From Cytophagales bacterium (GTDB lineage Bacteria; Bacteroidota; Bacteroidia; Cytophagales; Cyclobacteriaceae), in the NCBI GenBank assembly GCA_022360055.1, contig JAKSDO010000108.1, positions 1 through 63,504 of the forward strand: a stretch of 63,504 nt of DNA. The letters are read 5' to 3'. The notes under the pieces were generated by a model. It ran no database searches. It worked only from the letters and a program-made list of their open reading frames with translations, and was not told the origin of the DNA. The position numbers and the translations under genes are program-made. Below, piece after piece: positions 59,197 through 63,504 of this stretch (positions are counted from its first letter, which is position 1; each line of letters begins with the position of its first letter).

Positions 59197-59254
59197 TGGT
59201 ACCTGCTGTTATGGCGTTCGAATACGAATTAACACACGTGTATTTACTGTCGAT

Positions 59255-60223
59255 ATGTTGAGAAAACTCCAAAGTTTTTTTAATCCGGAACGATTCCAGG
59301 GATGGGGCAAGCGCAAAAAATACTTTGAAGGGTGGTACTATAAGGCAATTAATAAGGAAGAGACAAAAGCCTTCGCCATAATCCCGGGAATAGCCATTGA
59401 CGACACGGGCGAAAAACTTGCGTTCATTCAGATTTTAGATGGCAAAAGCAGGACTTCCGAATATATCCGGTTTCCGGGGCAAAGTTTCAACGCCAAAAGT
59501 GAAACTCTTGAATTGGATATTGATAAGAACAAATTTACTGAGTTTTCTATTGAATTGAACCTTAGTCATGTAAAGGGCCGGCTGGATTTTGAAGGTAATG
59601 TGCCCTGGCCAAAACCATTTTACTCGCCGGGTATAATGGGGCCTTACGCCTTTGTTCCATTTATGGAATGCTACCATGGAATTGTAAGCATGGATCACAG
59701 CATTTCCGGAACATTGCAGGTAAATGGTGAAAAAATCGATTTTAAAGAAGGAAGGGGATATATCGAAAAGGATTGGGGGCGTTCTTTTCCGAGCGCGTAT
59801 ACCTGGATGCAATCAAATCATTTCAACGCTCAAGGCATTTCGATCAAGGCCTCTGTCGCCAAAATTCCATGGATAAGGAATGCATTTGTCGGATTCATCG
59901 CCGGATTCTGGTTTGATAATGCATTGTACAGGTTTACAACTTACAACCGTACGAGATTGGTCAAATGCTCCATAAACAGGGAACTCGTTGAAATTCTTTT
60001 CGAAAACAAAAAATACCTTTTGCACATTTTGGCAAAAAGGGATCATGCAACCGAACTTGCCTCCCCCATTCTCGGCGTGATGGATGGTCGGATTGAAGAA
60101 AGCATGACTTCCAGCATCGAAGTGGAGCTTACCGACAAAAGATCAAAATCGACCATTTTTCACGATACCGGAAGAAATGCCGGGCTTGAAGTTGCGGGAA
60201 AAATCGATGAAATCATTGTTTAA
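59255..60223 (+). CDS. Tocopherol-cyclase-like family protein
   Basis: 322 aa. The N-terminal KKYFEGWYYK matches the conserved (Y/F)FEGWY(F/Y)(R/K) motif of the tocopherol cyclase family. Function in this host unknown. Confidence 0.45.
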   Translation: MLRKLQSFFNPERFQGWGKRKKYFEGWYYKAINKEETKAFAIIPGIAIDDTGEKLAFIQILDGKSRTSEYIRFPGQSFNAKSETLELDIDKNKFTEFSIELNLSHVKGRLDFEGNVPWPKPFYSPGIMGPYAFVPFMECYHGIVSMDHSISGTLQVNGEKIDFKEGRGYIEKDWGRSFPSAYTWMQSNHFNAQGISIKASVAKIPWIRNAFVGFIAGFWFDNALYRFTTYNRTRLVKCSINRELVEILFENKKYLLHILAKRDHATELASPILGVMDGRIEESMTSSIEVELTDKRSKSTIFHDTGRNAGLEVAGKIDEIIV

Positions 60224-60494
60224 CGAAAGAGGTCACCTCTTGACCGAAAAAAAATCAATTGCAATACCCGAAGTATGAGGCGTATTCGTGCCGGAGATTA
60301 TGAACGACTCAAAGGATCTCTAAAACAAAAAAACAAATTTCATAAAGTTTAATCCATATTTTTTATTATTTGCAATTCCTTGGTAATCGATGACGGAGGG
60401 TTAAAAATTCATTAACGGAAACATTTTAAATTTTTAATAACCTGCACTTCATTCTTTTTGAATTGAAATTTAATTTCAGGACAATCTTAAAATC

Positions 60495-63305
60495 ATGAGA
60501 AACAAGCACTTTTTCAATATTCAAATGTTGTGCCTGCTCGCAGCGATGCAGGTGCTCCAGAACTGTCAGACAAAAACGGCGCCTTGGATTGCGATTCCTC
60601 CTGCCTATGATCAATATCTGAAAATTGATGTCGGAGGAAAAACCATTTTGCCCAATGGCAGGTATGTTGAACCCGCCGGCAGGACGTTTCGAACGGCACC
60701 GCACCCCTACGGCCTGGCGCTCAGTCCGGACGGAAATATTGCGGTTACAGCCAATTCCGGGACGAATCCCTTATCCATTACCATCATCAGGAATGTGCTG
60801 TCCGAGCAACCGGATATCCAGCAGGTGCCACCGGGACCGGCCACGGAGGAAGGCATTCTGGCATCTGTTTTTATGGGGCTGGCAATTGGTCCGGATAGTG
60901 AAAAGGTATATGTATCCGGCGGCCAGGAAAACAAGATCTACGTTTTTTCCACGATTAACGGCGAAAAACTCGATTCCATCAACTGCAATTTCAAAAATGA
61001 AAATGTGGATTATTCGCACGGGTACATTGGTGATTTGGTGTTGACCGGGGACGGAAGCACAATCTATGCCGTAGATCAAATAAATTTCAGAGTCGTTGTT
61101 CTGGATGTAGCGAATAAGAAATTGATGCACAGCATACCTGTCGGCAGGTATCCTTTCGGGATTGTGTTATCGCCTGACGAGCAAAAAGTATATGTGGCCA
61201 ATGTAGGCATGTATGAGTATAAACCAATTCCGGGCCTTACCGACGAAAACATCAAAGAAAAAGGCTTAAAGTTCCCCGCGTTTGGCTATGGGACAAAAGA
61301 AGCCGAGGAAGGCATCAAGAACGACAGTATGGACGTTCCGGGTCTGGGCCCCCAAAATGCCATCGAATCTTTTTCGGTCTTCACCATTGATGTCTCAAAT
61401 AAAGACGAACCCAAAGTGATTGCGAAAAACAAGACCGGGCACCTGGTAGGATCGCTGGTAGATGGCGTTCCCGCGGTCGGCGGATCAAGTCCAAATTCAC
61501 TGGCCGCCACGGATGATTATGTTTTTGTGAGCAACGGCAACAACGACAACCTGTCCGTGATCGATATCAAGAGTGATACCATCGTCGGTCAGATCTATCT
61601 AAAGCCCGAGGAGCGGTTAAAATCTTTCAGAGGTGTAATCCCTTTTGGTGTTGCCCTTTCGCCCGATCAAAAAAGGTTGTATGTAGCTGAAGCGGGCATT
61701 AATGCGGTGGGTGTAATCGATGTCCCGTCCATGAAAGTTATCGGCCACATACCGACAGGCTGGTTTCCGGCAAAACTCAAAGTTTCAAAAGATGGCAAAA
61801 AATTGATTGTGACCAGTGCCAAAGGATATGGCAGCGGACCGAACGGCGGACCGAATTTCGACAGAATACCGCGGGGCAGCTACATTGGAAACCTCATGTT
61901 GGGTGCGGTATCTGTAATTGATATACCTTCCGACGAAGAGTTGAATGCATTCACGCAGAAAGTATTGGACAACAATTTCAAATTTATGAGGGCGGATGAT
62001 CCTCAGTTTGATTCAAGGAAAGACCACCCCATTCCGCTATTTCCCGGAGAAAAAGAATCTCCGATCCGGCATATCGTTTTTATATCCAAGGAAAACCGAA
62101 CTTTTGACGAAGTATTCGGACAACTGGAAAATGTAAAAGGAGAGCCTAGTTTGGCGAGATATGGCCATTCGGCCTCTTTTCTAAACCACAAGAAGACGGA
62201 TACGGTAGTAAATGCGACAGTAATGCCCAACCATTTGAAACTGGCCGGGGAGTTTGCAATTTCCGACAATTTTTATGTAGACGCGGACCATTCCGCCGAC
62301 GGGCACAGATGGCTCGTAAACACATATCCAAATGAGTGGGTCGAAACCACCACATCTGCCAGCTACGGGGGAAACAGAAGGTTTAAAGAGGAATCCAAAG
62401 CTCCGGGCGTTTATGCAATGAATGGCGCCGCGGGTGCGATCTATCCCGAGGACTACAACGAAGCAGGATCGATGTGGGATCACTTTGAACGACATGGTAT
62501 AGAGTTTTTCAATTTCGGTTTTAGTGTAATGTTCGAACCCGCCTCTTACGATCCTGCCTACAAATACGAGGGCATTCGGTTAATTGCCAACTATCCCGTT
62601 CCGCAACCATTAATGCACCGGTCATCCAGGACGTATCCAACTTACAATATGGCGATTCCGGATCAGTTTAGGATCGATCAGTTTATAAAAGAATTTGATG
62701 AGAAATGGCGGGGCAAAAATAATTTACCATCCGTGCTCACTGTGATCATTCCCAATGACCATGGGGCTGGAGACCGTCCGGAAGCGGGATATCCTTTTAG
62801 AGAGAGCTATATGGCGGATAATGATCTGGCCGTAGGAAGAATCGTTGAATTTTTATCCCATACTTCTTATTGGAAAAATATGATGATCATTATCACGGAA
62901 GATGATTCCCAGAACGGCGTAGATCATATAGATGCCCACCGCAGTATATTAATGATCATAAGTCCTTGGGTAAAACGTAATTATGTAAGTCACATGCACT
63001 ACAGTTTTGGGAGTATTTTTAAAACCATGTGGAATGTACTCGGCTCACCGTACCTCAATCAATACGATGCTGCGGCTCTGGATTTCGGAGACTTTTTCAC
63101 GAATGAAGCTGATTTTACTCCGTATTCGGCAGTCCCGGTAGATGCGAGGATTTTTGTGCCTCAAAAAGCTTTGGATCCTTTTGATGAGGAATTTGACTGG
63201 ACTGCTTTGGAGGACTCTCCGGAACTCGACAATGTACAGGACTTTATTGATGACAGCAAGGAAAAGGACGAGTACCGATTGGAGGATATTGAGCGGAAGG
63301 ATTAA
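60495..63305 (+). CDS. Bifunctional YVTN beta-propeller / phosphoesterase (PLC-AcpA family) protein, secreted
   Basis: 936 aa. Signal peptide. N-terminal YVTN-type propeller blades (KVYVSGGQENKIYVFS; KVYVANVG; RLYVAEAGINAVGVIDV). C-terminal phosphoesterase motifs HIVFISKENRTFDEVFG and IIPNDHGAGD. Confidence 0.75.
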   Translation: MRNKHFFNIQMLCLLAAMQVLQNCQTKTAPWIAIPPAYDQYLKIDVGGKTILPNGRYVEPAGRTFRTAPHPYGLALSPDGNIAVTANSGTNPLSITIIRNVLSEQPDIQQVPPGPATEEGILASVFMGLAIGPDSEKVYVSGGQENKIYVFSTINGEKLDSINCNFKNENVDYSHGYIGDLVLTGDGSTIYAVDQINFRVVVLDVANKKLMHSIPVGRYPFGIVLSPDEQKVYVANVGMYEYKPIPGLTDENIKEKGLKFPAFGYGTKEAEEGIKNDSMDVPGLGPQNAIESFSVFTIDVSNKDEPKVIAKNKTGHLVGSLVDGVPAVGGSSPNSLAATDDYVFVSNGNNDNLSVIDIKSDTIVGQIYLKPEERLKSFRGVIPFGVALSPDQKRLYVAEAGINAVGVIDVPSMKVIGHIPTGWFPAKLKVSKDGKKLIVTSAKGYGSGPNGGPNFDRIPRGSYIGNLMLGAVSVIDIPSDEELNAFTQKVLDNNFKFMRADDPQFDSRKDHPIPLFPGEKESPIRHIVFISKENRTFDEVFGQLENVKGEPSLARYGHSASFLNHKKTDTVVNATVMPNHLKLAGEFAISDNFYVDADHSADGHRWLVNTYPNEWVETTTSASYGGNRRFKEESKAPGVYAMNGAAGAIYPEDYNEAGSMWDHFERHGIEFFNFGFSVMFEPASYDPAYKYEGIRLIANYPVPQPLMHRSSRTYPTYNMAIPDQFRIDQFIKEFDEKWRGKNNLPSVLTVIIPNDHGAGDRPEAGYPFRESYMADNDLAVGRIVEFLSHTSYWKNMMIIITEDDSQNGVDHIDAHRSILMIISPWVKRNYVSHMHYSFGSIFKTMWNVLGSPYLNQYDAAALDFGDFFTNEADFTPYSAVPVDARIFVPQKALDPFDEEFDWTALEDSPELDNVQDFIDDSKEKDEYRLEDIERKD

Positions 63306-63504
63306 AAATCAGTCTTTTGGATTTCTCCCGGGTTTTTGACTTCGGTTTGGAGAACTGCTGCCGGATTAATTGCTGCCGGATTAACTGCTGCCGGATAATA
63401 ATATCCGGCAGTGACGTAACCATCAGTGGCGTAACCATCAATCAGTGACATAACGACATCCGGTAGCGACGCAACGATATCACGCAGGGATGTGACCATC
63501 AGGC
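63302..63504 (-). CDS. C-terminal end of a repeat-containing protein whose gene runs off the right edge
   Basis: Minus-strand frame is open to the window end. It encodes ...DGYATDGYVTAGYYYPAAVNPAAINPAAV... and is underlain by 15-21-nt imperfect tandem DNA repeats (ccggattaattgctg / ccggattaactgctg; cagtgacgtaaccat / cagtggcgtaaccat). Confidence 0.3.
   Translation of the reverse strand, partial: LMVTSLRDIVASLPDVVMSLIDGYATDGYVTAGYYYPAAVNPAAINPAAVLQTEVKNPGEIQKTDF

Noticed and set aside
1-63504. Search for integrases, transposases, phage genes or an obvious defence-gene island
   Set aside because: No ORF shows DDE/tyrosine-recombinase/serine-recombinase motifs. The candidate accessory region (13.4-23.3 kb) is not bounded by recognisable att-like direct repeats.

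Overview
This is a 63.5-kb chromosomal segment that looks like it comes from a Bacteroidota genome. The evidence for that is a 287-aa primary sigma-70, an ECF-sigma/FecR/STN-TonB receptor triad, many SPII-type lipoprotein signals, and a CANSDH/CANSDC norspermidine pathway.

I call about 50 protein genes, densely packed, and find no integrase, transposase or CRISPR array.

The content is mostly housekeeping or envelope functions:
- an RND efflux operon (AcrB-like pump, adaptor, TolC-like OMP);
- rpoD and a cold-shock protein;
- PBP1A, endonuclease III and MsrB;
- Xaa-Pro aminopeptidase, sulfatase and S8/S1 peptidases;
- aldo/keto reductases and a GntP permease.

The stretch from about 13.4 to 23.3 kb looks accessory. 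It holds a tightly coupled STAND-type P-loop NTPase plus a separately encoded 17-repeat TPR protein, preceded by a palindrome. Next to it is an SPFH/band-7 protein with a triplicated N-terminal repeat. Then comes a 1.1-kb gene desert with an oddly arranged tRNA-Tyr-like sequence: its 3' T-arm/acceptor/CCA segment lies upstream of a 5' half with a perfectly complementary acceptor strand. The stretch ends with a signal-less HtrA-like protease and two extremely acidic lipoproteins.

A conserved noncoding element of about 95 nt occurs twice (29.8 kb and 55.0 kb), each time as the immediate 5' leader of a minus-strand gene.

One caveat on the supplied ORF track: it treats non-ATG codons as M. For example, the NTPase ORF starts at a TTG, and the first ATG lies 8 codons in. 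Several N-termini are therefore probably shorter than listed.
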